A stretch of DNA of 64,000 bases from an uncultured Rivularia sp. (GTDB taxonomy: Bacteria; Cyanobacteriota; Cyanobacteriia; Cyanobacteriales; Nostocaceae). Below, piece after piece: positions 50,860-63,085 of this stretch. The notes below the pieces were generated by a model. That model saw only the letters and a list, made by a program, of their open reading frames with translations. It ran no database searches and was not told the DNA's origin. Numbering within the stretch: the stretch's first letter is position 1; each line of letters starts with the position of its first letter. The stretch spans positions 704,001 through 768,000 of the forward strand of contig OY762007.1 in assembly GCA_963665115.1 (NCBI GenBank), in the 5' to 3' direction. The position numbers were made by a program, and so were the translations under genes.

Positions 50860-51457
50860 ATTTGTTCTAGTTGCTTATAAAATTGGATAAAAGTCTTGTT
50901 TTTAATATCATCATTGCGTTGCAAAAAAAGGTTTTTTTTATCAAGCAAGTGGATACAGCACAAGAAAAATGAAAAATGTTGATTTGTAAATGATTTGCTG
51001 CGCCTTTCTAACCGATATAAATACGATTCATAAATGCGCTCTGAAAACCCGATCGTTATTAAGATATGCGTTTATAGCGCAACTACTTAAAATGTAATGC
51101 TCGATCAATATTCTTTTCAAGAGGAAAAACACTGAAATGAGGTATCTATTTTATGGCTGAGATATTATAAATGCCACTGCCGCATATTTGACTATTTTAT
51201 TTAACTATATGAATTCTTTATATGGTAATAGGATAGGGCATTGGGCATAGTAAATTAACTTTTTAACAGATAAACATTAAAATGAATGCTCGTTTAACTG
51301 ATATAAAATGATAGATGAAAATTAGTAGCAAAAATGAAGTATATTTTTCGACGGTTAGCGGGTTGATTGCCCTGATAACTAGATTTATTATTAATAGGAA
51401 ACACTAATTTCTTATCCAATGCCCAATACCCAATGCCCTATCCCCAATTCGCAATTA

Positions 51458-53183
51458 TTAAAACGTAAAACTAGTCCTTAAAATACCAATAGTAATTGAA
51501 TCACTATCGGGTGTATGACCGGGTTCTATAATGTGAATAATTCCTGGAGTTAAACTCATATTATCGTTCAATCGCCAACGATAAAAAGCTTCGATATGAG
51601 TAGTAGTACCGGGTTGTCCACCTTCGCTTCCATTACCACCGTCTAAAAGGTCTGGTACATTATTACCTACAGGTAAGTTGCTACTAACAATTTTTGGTGG
51701 CTGCCCTACATAAACTCCACCTAAATTACCTTTACCAAATAAGTCGGGAAAATTAAGATAAACCATATAGTTAGTCATTTCTACATCTCCCGATTCTCCA
51801 GGAATACGAGAATTAGTATAACCAGCCCAGCCACCCAACGTAACCCCTCGTGAAATATCCCAATTGACGGTAGCGCCAAAGCCATTAGTTTGTAAAGGTC
51901 TTCCGGGAACTGCAAAACAATTAACGGCAGTTAAACAACTATCACCTGCGTAACTAAACAAAGAGCCATTGGGCGAATAATTATTAACGTAATATAAACC
52001 GACATCAAAAGTCTTAGCAGGTGTCAGTAACAATTGTGCTGCTGCCGTTGTGCTTCCATCAAATAACCCTGCGCGTTTTCCCGGATTTCCTATATCTCTG
52101 GCGCTATAAATTGCTTGCACGCTCGCACGTTTGGCGAATTGCCAATCAAAAGCGATACCACCATTTTCAAAATCCAGATTTAAAATTGGGTTTCGTTGTG
52201 CAAAGAATGACAAAGGGCCCGTTGGCTGCATTTTCAGCACGGTTGGGACCTCTAAATGAACGCACCATATCAACTCCTTTAGTTCCCACCATCATCGCTA
52301 AATTTTTAGTCAGAAGTTGGTGAAAATGCAAATCGCTTAAAACAAAATCGTTTCCCAAAGGAGGTTCGTAGCCAAGTATAAAGTCATTAGTTAATTTCGG
52401 ACTTGTCGAACCATTCGCAGTAAAAAGACCTGTTACCAAGAAACTACGCGGGTTGAATTGACTGGTTAAATATAGCTGATTGAAGTTAATAATATTAGTG
52501 TTAGTCCCTGGGTCATTAGTATCTTTTACACCGTCTCTTGGAGAAGTATCGGCGCGGTTTTCACCTCTACCATGAATACCAACGATTGCAATTCCCCTAA
52601 GTTTAGTTGTTACCGAAAATTTATTAGCTTCGATATCAGCAGCGCGAGATTCCGCTTCATCAACTCTTCCTCTCAATGTTGCTAATTCAGCACCAAATTC
52701 TTGCTGCAATTTTTGTAAAGTTGCTAAATCATCACGGGTGACTATATTACTCGCTGCTGTAGCGATCAACTCATTTACTCTTTCCAAACAAGCATTCAAA
52801 CCCGCAGCAAATTCATAGCGAGTTAAAGCACGATTTCCGCGATAAGTTCCATTCGGATAACCTGCAATACATCCGTAACGCTCCACCAAAGACTGCAATG
52901 ATTGAAACGCCCAATCTGCTGGCTGTACATCTCTAAATTGAGAAACCGAATTAACTTGTCCCATCGGATTTACATCCAATGAGTTGTCAGGTTCAATAAG
53001 TGGCTGAGAAATCTTAAACTGTTCTGTATCTTGTATCTCGAATTTTGTCTCCACCGTTCCTTGATTAGGGATAGTGAAATCTAATTCAACAGAAGCCAGT
53101 TCCTTAGACATTGCTTTATCTGGAAATCCGGTAATTCCCGCAGCCAAAAAACAGATAATTAGAGAAATTTTACTTGTTTTCAA
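51458..53183 (-). CDS. SLH-domain OprB/iron-uptake family porin, +1 frameshift near 52212-52224
   Basis: VSQFRDVQPADWAFQSLQSLVERYGC, TRYEFAAGL, FSVTTKL, HIEAFYR, terminal RTSFTF. Confidence 0.9.
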
Positions 53184-53486
53184 CTTTTTACACTGTTGTA
53201 TATATACAACGGTTGAGCGTATCTAATAATTTTTCATAATGACATGGGTGATGATACGGATTTTTAACAAAGGTCATTAAGTTAATTTTTAAGTAATATC
53301 TCTGAAGCGCGAGTATAAAAGAAAAAGCTAGTACTGTTACGGGGAATTTAAAATCAAAGATTTATAAAGTGATTTAAAGGGCTTATGTTTTATTTTGATT
53401 TTCAACGATGTTTTATCGTGACACAAGCAATTTAAGATTTCAGATCGAGTAAGAGTATCTTTTGTGACTGGAATATAGTTTTAACA

Positions 53487-55076
53487 GTGGAAAAAAAGCA
53501 GCAGAGTCAATCCAAAATCCGTCTTGGAAAGTTTGCTCAACGGGGGGAATCCCCGCAGCGCAACTTTCCCCAAGATGCAAATTCCTCGCCTTCATCAAAA
53601 CCATTAAAAAACGGTAAAACGCAGCCCAATACAAAGGTTCGCAAGCTTCGTAAAAGAATAAAAAAATCTAAACAAAATCTCAAAAAGAAAACTGCCCCTA
53701 CTAAAGGAAATCGTTCCTATTCGGGCGATCGCCCGAAAGTCAAAAAACCAAAAAGTTTAGTAGCATCAATGTTTGCTGTTGCAATCTTGCTCTCAAGTGC
53801 GGGTTTAGTTATAACTCTGAGCTGGATCAGCATTATGTTTATATTTAATCCCCTTTCTGTAACTTGGTTAAATCCTTTTTTACCGGAATGGGCTAAGATT
53901 GCCTCGAATTTAGAAGACAAACCGCATACCGTAGAGCAAATTCAAGCAGAGATTAAAAAACAAAACCGTATAGCCGGAGAAATTCTTCCTTTAGAAACCG
54001 AAACAAACGAATCTTTTTTACTACCTATTTATCGTAATCGCAACAATTGTAATTCTGACTGTAAATACATAGTCGAACTTAGAACTTACCAGCTAGCAAC
54101 AGATTTTGAGTGGCAGTCGCTCTCCAAAAAATACTATCACCTCACCACTCAATTACCCGTTACGGGACCAGAAGAATTTGAAGTCATAGCTCCCTTGGTA
54201 GATGCAGGTGTAGAAGAAAACCCCGGTTCAACCATTCCTCTAGCCGTAACAGAAATAAAACGCGTTGGAAAAGATGCACCGAAGCCTGGAATTTGGTACT
54301 ATCTAATCGGAAACCGTTCTTCAGGTTCAAATACTACAGCTTACGGCTACATCCTTCACTATAATCCAGAACGCCGTAACTTACGAAGAGTCATATCCTG
54401 GACGAGTCCAACTGGAGATTTACCCCAATGGCAGCAGATAACTGGTGATGGTGAAAAAGAACTAGTAGTACGTCAAACAGTTGGTTTAGAACCTCGTCTG
54501 CGAATTTACCAAATTAAACCCGGCGAATTTATCGTGAACCCAGTCAAATTATCTGAAATCAACCTTAAACCAACAGCTTTTAAAGATGGAGGTTACAAAG
54601 ATGCGCTGTTAATTGCCCAAAATGGACTGTGGACACCCGCTCATAAATGGCTGCAATTTATCAAGAAACAGCACAAAGGGAAAATATCATCCGAAGTACA
54701 AGCACAAATCGACTTCATTAACGAACATTCTCAACTCACCAAAAAATTAGCCGATACAAGCTGGGCAAGTCCCTCTCAAGAAGTTTTAGCTAACTTAATT
54801 GATGGTAGATGGGGAGAAGCCTTGAAAGTATTTGAAGCATCACCGGAAAATCCAGAAGAAATCAAAAATTTACTAAAATCCGATACGGGAAGAATAGAAA
54901 GTCGGATTGATGCAGCATTAAAAGCAAATCCCAATCGTTCCGAAGTACAAGCATGGAAAGCTTTAGTGATTGCATCCCAACAAAATACAAACCAGGCTTA
55001 TTACTGGCTCAAAACACAATCTAATATTTCTAAAAATTCACAAACCTATATTCAGAAGCTTTTAGCGCAAATTTAA
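53487..55076 (+). CDS. Membrane-anchored hypothetical protein
   Basis: 529-aa ORF with basic N-terminus and one TM segment. Confidence 0.8.
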   Translation: MEKKQQSQSKIRLGKFAQRGESPQRNFPQDANSSPSSKPLKNGKTQPNTKVRKLRKRIKKSKQNLKKKTAPTKGNRSYSGDRPKVKKPKSLVASMFAVAILLSSAGLVITLSWISIMFIFNPLSVTWLNPFLPEWAKIASNLEDKPHTVEQIQAEIKKQNRIAGEILPLETETNESFLLPIYRNRNNCNSDCKYIVELRTYQLATDFEWQSLSKKYYHLTTQLPVTGPEEFEVIAPLVDAGVEENPGSTIPLAVTEIKRVGKDAPKPGIWYYLIGNRSSGSNTTAYGYILHYNPERRNLRRVISWTSPTGDLPQWQQITGDGEKELVVRQTVGLEPRLRIYQIKPGEFIVNPVKLSEINLKPTAFKDGGYKDALLIAQNGLWTPAHKWLQFIKKQHKGKISSEVQAQIDFINEHSQLTKKLADTSWASPSQEVLANLIDGRWGEALKVFEASPENPEEIKNLLKSDTGRIESRIDAALKANPNRSEVQAWKALVIASQQNTNQAYYWLKTQSNISKNSQTYIQKLLAQI

Positions 55077-56945
55077 CCATAACAGCAGAAGTCCCACATC
55101 TGACCGTCGTCGGCAGTGTGGGATGAATGCGAGTGAGACGACGACTATATTCCTGACCAATGCGTAGCGAGGGAAGGAATATGTGGAGGAGACGAACACT
55201 ATTCGGGCTTTTGTTGACCTTCGATGTATTTTCGTAAAGTTGATATAGTGACACCGCCACAACTAGCCACAAAATAAGAACCGCTCCAAAATACATCCTT
55301 CCAGTATATTTTTGATAAATACTCAGAGAATTCCTGACGTAATTTTCTGGAAGACACTGACTTAAGATTATTGACTAATTTACTTAGTTCTAAGTCCGGA
55401 TGATATTGAAAAAGACAGTGTATATGGTCTTCTTCGCCGTTAAACTCTATAAGCTTGCAATCCCACTTGAGTAACAATTCCTCGATTATGACGTGAAGCC
55501 TTTCTAACATCTCACCAGTAAAGGCTTTGCGCCTATATTTTGTGACTAAAACTAAATGCACTTTCAAGTCACTGACAGAACGTCCTTTAGAAAAAAAATC
55601 ATTTTTCACAGTAGTTTCGGAATATTTATAAAGTTTGGTGTATACTTATATGGTAACACTAATTAAATAACAAGGAGGTGATGAACAAGTGCGAACAAGC
55701 TATCAATACCGATTAAAGCCTAATAAAGAGCAACGTGAAATTATTGATCACACGTTAGATATGTTGCGTTGTCAATATAACTATGAATTAGCTCAAAGAT
55801 TTGATTGGTACGAGCAGAATCGATGCTCTATTGACAGGTGTCCTCTTGTTTGTCATCTTCCAGAATTAAAAGACCAACCTAACCGTTTTAGTCAGCAAGC
55901 ATCATTAAAGCAGCTCAAAAAAGAACGTTCTTGGTACAAAACTATTCACAGCCAAGTATTGCAGGAGGTTCCTAAAAAGGTTGAGATTGCATTTGATAGA
56001 TGGTTCAAAGGTGATTGTAACGGTAAAAAATCTGGTAGACCAAGATTTAAAGGTGTAGGACAATATAAGACTTTTACTTATCCTCAATTCAAGCAACATC
56101 ACTTTGTTGGTAATAAAATTACCTTGTCAAAAATTGGAGATGTAAAAGTAATTGTTCACCGTCCTATACCGGATGGTTTTGCTATAAAAACCGTATCAGT
56201 TACTAAAAAGGTAAACGGTTATTATGTAACTCTAAGCCTTGAGAATAAAGAAGCTCCAACGATTAAGCCTGATTTCAATGCGGATAATATTGTCGGCATT
56301 GATGTTGGATTGATTGATTTTTATGTAGCTTCTGATAATACCCGAATTGCTGCGCCAAAACATCTCCGTAAAGCTGAACGTAAATTAAAGTCAGCACAAC
56401 GCAAAGTATCGCGTAGAGAGAAAGGTTCCAAACGTAGTAAGATAGCTATTAAACAATTAGGTATTAGACATAAAAAAGTAGCTGATACCCGTAAAGATTT
56501 CCACTTCAAAACAGCTAAAAAATTGCTATCTAAATATGATGTAATTGCTGTTGAAAAGTTGAATGTCAAAGGACTTGCCAAGTCTCGATTGGCTAAGTCT
56601 ATACATGATGCCGGATGGAGTCAGTTTGTAAATATACTTTCATTCAAAGCCGAAAATGCTGGGCTGAAAGTAATAGCTGTTTCTCCAAACGGTACAAGCC
56701 AAGAATGTTCTAGTTGCGGTCACGTAGTGAAAAAGCCGTTATCCCAAAGAATGCATAACTGCCCGGTATGTCATACCAGTATTTGCAGGGATTGGAATGC
56801 GGCTATAAATATCAGGAATCGTGGGACGCACGACCTGTATAAACAAGCTCAGCGGAGTCGGAGACACTCCGCCTCCGGTCAATGTCTTCAAAGAAGAGTC
56901 GCTGAGAAGCCCGCACTCACCCGAAGGGGAGTGAGGGTACGTCAC
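55077..56945 (+). mobile_element. IS200/IS605 family element with divergent tnpA and tnpB (left boundary +/- a few bp)
   Basis: Left hairpin tcccaca..tgtggga; right end GAAG-cccgcactc..gagtgaggg-tacg-TCAC. Confidence 0.85.
55199..55609 (-). CDS. tnpA: IS200/IS605 Y1 transposase TnpA
   Basis: HLVLVTKYRR, DHIH, FWSGSYF, KYIEGQ. Confidence 0.95.
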   Translation of the reverse strand: MKNDFFSKGRSVSDLKVHLVLVTKYRRKAFTGEMLERLHVIIEELLLKWDCKLIEFNGEEDHIHCLFQYHPDLELSKLVNNLKSVSSRKLRQEFSEYLSKIYWKDVFWSGSYFVASCGGVTISTLRKYIEGQQKPE

Positions 56946-56957
56946 GAGAAAGGGTAA
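55689..56957 (+). CDS. tnpB: TnpB RNA-guided nuclease, canonical
   Basis: GIDVG, AVEKL, CSSCG/CPVC zinc finger, RDWNAA. Confidence 0.95.
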   Translation: MRTSYQYRLKPNKEQREIIDHTLDMLRCQYNYELAQRFDWYEQNRCSIDRCPLVCHLPELKDQPNRFSQQASLKQLKKERSWYKTIHSQVLQEVPKKVEIAFDRWFKGDCNGKKSGRPRFKGVGQYKTFTYPQFKQHHFVGNKITLSKIGDVKVIVHRPIPDGFAIKTVSVTKKVNGYYVTLSLENKEAPTIKPDFNADNIVGIDVGLIDFYVASDNTRIAAPKHLRKAERKLKSAQRKVSRREKGSKRSKIAIKQLGIRHKKVADTRKDFHFKTAKKLLSKYDVIAVEKLNVKGLAKSRLAKSIHDAGWSQFVNILSFKAENAGLKVIAVSPNGTSQECSSCGHVVKKPLSQRMHNCPVCHTSICRDWNAAINIRNRGTHDLYKQAQRSRRHSASGQCLQRRVAEKPALTRRGVRVRHEKG

Positions 56958-57352
56958 TGGGGGATAGGGAATAGCAATAATTCAGGAATGGCCGCGATTG
57001 TCACAAGACTCGGATGGTGCGTGACACGACTTCCCACTCCCCAAGCCAAAAATAATAAAAATAAATCAAACGTAGAAGCAAAAAATATCGCTTCTACGTA
57101 CCCTAATAGTGACTAATAGTGCTAAAGTAAAATAAAGCAATATTAATAAGAGTGCGATATGCATTTATGCATCACGCTCCGCGTATCGCAAAAATAGCAG
57201 TAAAGCTAAAAATCGCTCTACCAATAAAATATAGCCATAAATATATATTCAACGCCGGTAGAAAAATCAGCGTTTTAGCTAGCAGTGCTTGCCATCGGTT
57301 TAATTACATAGTAATTACATATTAAGTATAGGCAAGCACGCGAAGAATAAAT

Positions 57353-57574
57353 TTAACAAGACTGTTCGCGAGTACAAACATCTTTTTGCTGCTTAAGTTG
57401 TTGCAACTTGATCAACAATAAATCCACTTCAGCTTGCAAATCCATTAACTTAGCTTGCTGGTCAACCTGATAGCAAGTACTAGTCGAGGTTGCGTGAGAA
57501 TATTCGGGTTTACGTTCTGAAACACTAGATACAGACATACTACTAATTAAGTCCAAAACTCTACTCAACACCAT
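57353..57574 (-). CDS. Small coiled-coil hypothetical protein
   Basis: YQVDQQAKLMDLQAEVDLLL..LQQLKQQ heptads; start uncertain. Confidence 0.6.
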   Translation of the reverse strand: MVLSRVLDLISSMSVSSVSERKPEYSHATSTSTCYQVDQQAKLMDLQAEVDLLLIKLQQLKQQKDVCTREQSC

Positions 57575-57945
57575 TAGAGATATAATAGTGTAATTTAAAG
57601 AATCATTAAATCTTTGTGTAGCTGGTATTAGTTGCTGCAATATTAATGATTTTTTTTGCTATGCAACATCTATGAAATGACAATACACACTAAGATTTTG
57701 TTCCAAAAATAAAAATGGATTTGAGCATAGGGCATTTGATTTTGGATTGAGGTTAAAGGTCAAAGTTTAAAATTGCCCTTGTCTCTCCATCACCAATTCC
57801 CAATGCCCAATTCCCAATGCCCCATTCCCCATTCCCAATTCTCAAATTGTGATAAAAGTTATCCTAATGCTTCCCATTGATATAGTAAAAAGGATAAACT
57901 GTCATTCGACATTGCAGTAAAAACTAAGTAGCTCTATAAAATCCC

Positions 57946-59040
57946 GTGACCTTAAGCCTGTCTGCTGTAAAATCTCATCGCCAACCTTGGCAGGGATTAA
58001 TTGAACAGTATCGCCAATACTTGCCCGTCAGTGAAAATACGCCGGTTGTTACGCTTTTTGAAGGTAATACACCTTTAATTCCCGTGCCATCAATTGCGCG
58101 TCTAATCGGCAAGCAAGTACGTGTTTTTGTGAAATACGATGGTTTGAACCCTACTGGTAGCTTCAAAGATAGGGGAATGACAATGGCGGTTTCTAAAGCG
58201 AAGGAAGCTGGGGCTAAGGCTGTGATTTGCGCGAGTACTGGTAATACTTCGGCAGCAGCAGCAGCTTACGCTAGGCGCGGAGGGATGCGTCCTTTTGTAA
58301 TCATTCCCGATGGTTATGTGGCGCTGGGTAAATTGGCGCAAGCGTTGGTGTATGGTGCGGAAGTACTGGCAATTAAAGGAAATTTTGACGATGCTTTGGA
58401 AATTGTCCGGGATATAGCCGAGGAATATCCGGTAACTTTGGTTAATTCGGTTAACCCTTACCGTTTGGAAGGACAAAAAACTGGGGCTTTTGAAGTAGTA
58501 GATATTTTGGGTGATGCTCCAGACTGGCTGTGTATTCCGGTTGGCAATGCGGGTAATATCACGGCCTATTGGATGGGTTTTTGTCAATATCATCAAGATG
58601 GTAAATGTGGACGTTTACCCAAGATGATGGGTTTTCAAGCTGCGGGTGCTGCTCCTTTGGTAAATGGTGGAGTTGTGAAGAATCCGGAAACCTTAGCTAC
58701 AGCAATTAGAATTGGTAATCCTGCAAGTTGGGATAAAGCAGTAGCGGCTGCTGCGGCGAGTAAAGGTGAATTCAACTCCGTTACCGATGAAGAAATTTTA
58801 GAAGCTTATCGAATTTTGGCTGGGGATGAAGGCGTTTTTTGCGAACCAGCGAGTGCGGCTTCTGTGGCAGGTTTATTAAAGGTAAAAGATCGAGTTCCCA
58901 CAGGTGCAACTGTAGTTTGTGTATTAACTGGTAATGGATTGAAAGATCCAGATACAGCAATTAAACATAATAAAAGTCAGTTTACCCAAGGTATTGAAGC
59001 GGATATTAAAACTGTTGCCAAGGTGATGGGGTTTGAGTAA
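57946..59040 (+). CDS. thrC: Threonine synthase
   Basis: [10 protein letters not shown] (PLP Lys), [22 protein letters not shown]. Confidence 0.97.
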   Translation: MTLSLSAVKSHRQPWQGLIEQYRQYLPVSENTPVVTLFEGNTPLIPVPSIARLIGKQVRVFVKYDGLNPTGSFKDRGMTMAVSKAKEAGAKAVICASTGNTSAAAAAYARRGGMRPFVIIPDGYVALGKLAQALVYGAEVLAIKGNFDDALEIVRDIAEEYPVTLVNSVNPYRLEGQKTGAFEVVDILGDAPDWLCIPVGNAGNITAYWMGFCQYHQDGKCGRLPKMMGFQAAGAAPLVNGGVVKNPETLATAIRIGNPASWDKAVAAAAASKGEFNSVTDEEILEAYRILAGDEGVFCEPASAASVAGLLKVKDRVPTGATVVCVLTGNGLKDPDTAIKHNKSQFTQGIEADIKTVAKVMGFE

Positions 59041-59103
59041 GGCTCGTAGTTGCGCGGTGACTCGCCTCTTAACCGGAAGCGCTAAAGCGCAACTACGAAC
59101 AAA

Positions 59104-61024
59104 TTACAAATTTTCTATTTCCACCGTCTGTATCTCTTCAACAACATCAAATCCAAATACCCGCGAATAAAAATATAATTCTGCTTCCAAAGCGCGTTTA
59201 ATATTTTCTGAGTTGCGAAAACCATGTTGTTCTCCGGGAAAGGGAAGGTAAGCAACGGGTAATCCCTTGTTTCGCAAAATATCAATCATGGTTTCAGCTT
59301 GATTTGGTGGCACAACTTTGTCTTCTAAGCCTTGGAGAAAAATTACCGGGCAAGTTAAATTCTCGGCAAAGTTAATCGGGGATCTTTGTACGTATAATTC
59401 CTTCTTTTCTGGATAAGCACCCACCAATCTATCTAAATATCGGGATTCAAATTTATGGGTATCTCTGGCTAAAGCTTCTAAATCGCTTACGCCATAATAA
59501 CTAGCACCAGCTTTGAAAGTATCGCGAAAAGTTAACGCGCATAAAGTTGTATATCCTCCCGCACTTCCACCAGAAATTGCTAGGCGATCGCCATCTACTA
59601 AATTTTGTTCTACGAGATATTTGGCACCGTTAGCGCAATCATCTACGTCAACAATTCCCCAATTTCCATCCAAACGCTGACGGTATTCTCTTCCGTAACC
59701 AGTACTACCGCCATAGTTAACGTCTAAAACGGCAATACCGCGACTCGTCCAATATTGAATTCGATAGCTCAAACTTGAAGATGTAGCCGCAGTGGGGGCC
59801 ACCATGACTTTTAACTAATAATGGTGGTTTTTCGTTCTCCGGTGCGGTGAAATCTTTGTTTTGCGGTGGGTAAAATAATCCATAAGCTGTTTTCCCATTG
59901 CTGGTAGGAAATTCTATCGGCTGCACTTGGGAAAGATAGCCGTTATCTATGGCAATATTGCTAGAACGTTGCAAAACTTGGATTTTTCCGCTTGTTAAAT
60001 CGAGTTGAACCAGTTCGCTGGCTTGAGTTGGTTGTCCTCCGGTGAATAAAACCTTTCCTGGTGTTGCTTTTATCCCGCTAAATTCCGTGTAAGGTAAATC
60101 GAAAATATCAAGTTTTTTTGTATTTACATCTAAGCTTGCTAAATACCAAATTCCTTTCTGGGTATAGCTGCAAATAATTCTATCAGTTGATTCAATTGCG
60201 TAGGTAGAGGAGCCTAAACCCCATTGCGGCTTGCCAAATTCTGTTGACATCGGGGTCAAATTTTCTACTTTTCCCTGTTGCCAAGAATATAAATTCCACC
60301 AGCCAGTTTTTTCCCAAATAAAATATAAAGTTCCATCATTTGACCATTCCGGTTGCCCAGCAGACTCATTCACACCACCTGCAATTTTTTGAGCATCACC
60401 AATCGAACCATCAGCTTGAACCGTACCCACCCACAATTCGGCGCTATCCCAAGGCATATTTGGGTGATTCCAAGTTAACCAAGCTAAATATTTTCCATCC
60501 TTACTCAAGCGAGGTGAAATATAGAAATCATTACCGGATACAATCACTTGCGGGTTATTATTTTCTGTTAAATTTACAGCGACTATTGTATTTGTCGGCT
60601 CTTTTCCCTGTTGCGTATGGTCTTCACAAATGCATATAATCCGCTGACGCTGACTGTCAACAATTCCATCACCGTAACGCATTGATAATTCAGGTGTTAT
60701 TGGTTGCGGTTCGGAGCCGGGTTTCTGCTGATAAAGACGTTGATCGATAAAGTTAGAAAAATAGACGACACCATCAGCAATAAAATAGGAACCACCACCA
60801 TACTCGTGAACCCGACTACGCACATTGAAACCATCCGGTGTCACAGTGGTTTCACCATCGGGGTTGCGTCGGACAATAACAGTACGTCCCTTATCCCAAG
60901 CCCGTAACTCGCTCCAATAGATATTATCGCCATCAACAGCAATTTGTCCGAGTCCGATTGTTGTTGAGGTAATTAAATCAGTAGTGATGGGTGATTTCCA
61001 AGAACCGTAAGGTGCTATTGTCAT
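59104..61024 (-). CDS. S9 prolyl oligopeptidase family peptidase, +1 frameshift at 59794-59798
   Basis: APYGSWKSP, restored HGGPT, GGSAGG, DKVVP, EQHGF. Confidence 0.92.
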
Positions 61025-61478
61025 GCTGTGTTTTCAGTTGGTGATGCTAGAACTTTATTGATTTTACAGCTAATGAATTATAGTGATTATTTTTGAAAAG
61101 CGAGAAGATGTAATTGTTTCGTTTATTAGAAGAATACCGATCAAAAAACCGATACTAGACGCAGAGTACGCAGCGAAAAGAAATAAAGAGCTTAAGCCCA
61201 CGTGCAGAAAATTAAAAAACCACAATTTTTCAAAAAAACAGGTTCCTTAATAGCTCAAATTATTACAACTCATATAAAATTGCTATAGAAACCTTCATAT
61301 TTGAAATACTGCTCGTTTTCACAAAAGCGCGTAAATCTTTGCGTGCAATTGCTGGCTTCAGGCAGCTTGGAGTTAAACTTAAAACGATAATTAAAAGAAA
61401 ATCTTTCCGCATATAGTGTTATAACTATTTGGATTAAATTTTTGAGCCAAGAAAGATGAGTAGTAATTATAGATAATA

Positions 61479-61823
61479 ATGGAAGCTGTAAAAAAAAGAC
61501 CCATCAAACCCAAATCCTATATATCGTTCCTCTATATCTACTCAACTAACTGGGGAACTGCCGGTGATATTTGTTTAATCCGCGAAACTGTAGCTGAAGA
61601 GAGTACTTCTAAATTCGTGGGTCGCAAAGTCAAATTAGCCCTTCCGAGAGGAATGGAAAAGCATCGCGTGGAAGGTTATCAGGTAATCAAAGTTGCAGGT
61701 CATGTCGGTGAGGGACATCCCAAAGATCCTGGTTCCGAATGGGAAGCTTATGAAGGTATAGAGCGAGAAGTTGCGACCGCAGTTCTGAAGCCTTGGGGAT
61801 TTAAGTTAGTTGAGCCAGAGTAA
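61479..61823 (+). CDS. Hypothetical protein
   Basis: 114-aa ORF with ATG start and protein-like composition. Confidence 0.75.
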   Translation: MEAVKKRPIKPKSYISFLYIYSTNWGTAGDICLIRETVAEESTSKFVGRKVKLALPRGMEKHRVEGYQVIKVAGHVGEGHPKDPGSEWEAYEGIEREVATAVLKPWGFKLVEPE

Positions 61824-61845
61824 AGCTTGTCAGGGCAATTTCCAA

Positions 61846-62466
61846 CTAATTAACCGGATGTTGCCCATAAAAAGGTAAAGCTTCCGTCCATTCCGGACGC
61901 TTCCCCTGCTGCCAATCCAAATGCGCCAATTGCAGCATACTCGTTACCGTCGCAGCTAAACCAGAGTTAGCTTCCAAAAGCCGATAATTACCATTCCAAT
62001 CGGCTAATTTTTCTTCCCATATTTCTGGGGTTAATACCACATCAGTCATTACAACCGATAATCCGCTACCATCCGGCATAACTTGGTAAATCGCACCATA
62101 CAACATACCTCGTTGCGCTGGCATTTGTACGGCAATAAAATTATCATCATCAACCCGGTTTTCCCAAGCAAATGCTGCCAAAGTAGAAACCGCAAACACC
62201 GGAATATTCAATTGTTGTCCTAAAGTACGAGCAGCCACAACCCCGATACGAGTTCCCGTAAAACCCCCAGGTCCCTTCGCTACAGCAATAAAAGCCATAT
62301 CAGCCCAAGTTTGAGGTTTAACAAAATCTATTAAATATTGATGCATTAAATTAGAAACATTACGGTCTAATTTCCATACATCAGAACGCGAGTCATCAGC
62401 GAAATTACTGATAGATAAACCTAATTCGGGAGTTGTGGTGTGTAGCGCGAAAGCGTATTTAGGCAT
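61846..62466 (-). CDS. tsaB: tRNA threonylcarbamoyladenosine biosynthesis protein TsaB
   Basis: ALHTTT, IAVAKGPGGFTGTRIG, ALPFY; upstream ORF extension is STRR. Confidence 0.93.
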   Translation of the reverse strand: MPKYAFALHTTTPELGLSISNFADDSRSDVWKLDRNVSNLMHQYLIDFVKPQTWADMAFIAVAKGPGGFTGTRIGVVAARTLGQQLNIPVFAVSTLAAFAWENRVDDDNFIAVQMPAQRGMLYGAIYQVMPDGSGLSVVMTDVVLTPEIWEEKLADWNGNYRLLEANSGLAATVTSMLQLAHLDWQQGKRPEWTEALPFYGQHPVN

Positions 62467-62537
62467 TGGGAATGGGGAATGGGGCATGGGGAATTGGGAA
62501 TTGGGCATTGGGCATCCCAATTATTGAAAAATATATC

Positions 62538-63003
62538 GTAGTGGGAGCGTCTCGCTCCCTTGATATATATAGCGAGCAAGATACCTATATATAGCGAGCA
62601 AGATGCTTATATATATAGCGAGCAAGATACCTATATATAGCGAGCAAGATGCCTATATATATAGCGAGCAAGATGCCTATATATATAGCGAGCAAGATAC
62701 CTATATATATAGCGAGCAAGATACCTATATATATAGCGAGCAAGATGCCTTGATATATATAGCGAGCAAGATACCTATATATATAGCGAGCAAGATGCCT
62801 ATATATATAGCGAGCAAGATGCCTTGATATATATAGCGAGCAAGATGCCTTGATATATATAGCGAGCAAGATGCCTATATATATAGCGAGCAAGATACCT
62901 ATATATATAGCGAGCAAGATGCCTATATATATAGCGAGCAAGATACCTATATATATAGCGAGCAAGATGCCTATATATATAGCGAGCAAGATGCTCGCAC
63001 TAC
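62538..63003. repeat. Inverted GTAG-REP pair enclosing an 18-unit array of 22-26 bp
   Basis: (AGCGAGCAAGATRCC + (TA)n filler) x18 including the terminal REP. Confidence 0.92.
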
Positions 63004-63085
63004 AAATTATATTTTGAATCTAAAATCCAAAATCCAAAATCTAAAATCCCTTAGTTCCTTACTGTTCACTGTTCACTGATAACTG

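Noticed and set aside
62585..62989. ORFs with ILLAIYIG / YSEQDA repeats; CRISPR-like appearance
   Set aside because: Translations of the REP array; fillers are short and near-identical, not unique spacers
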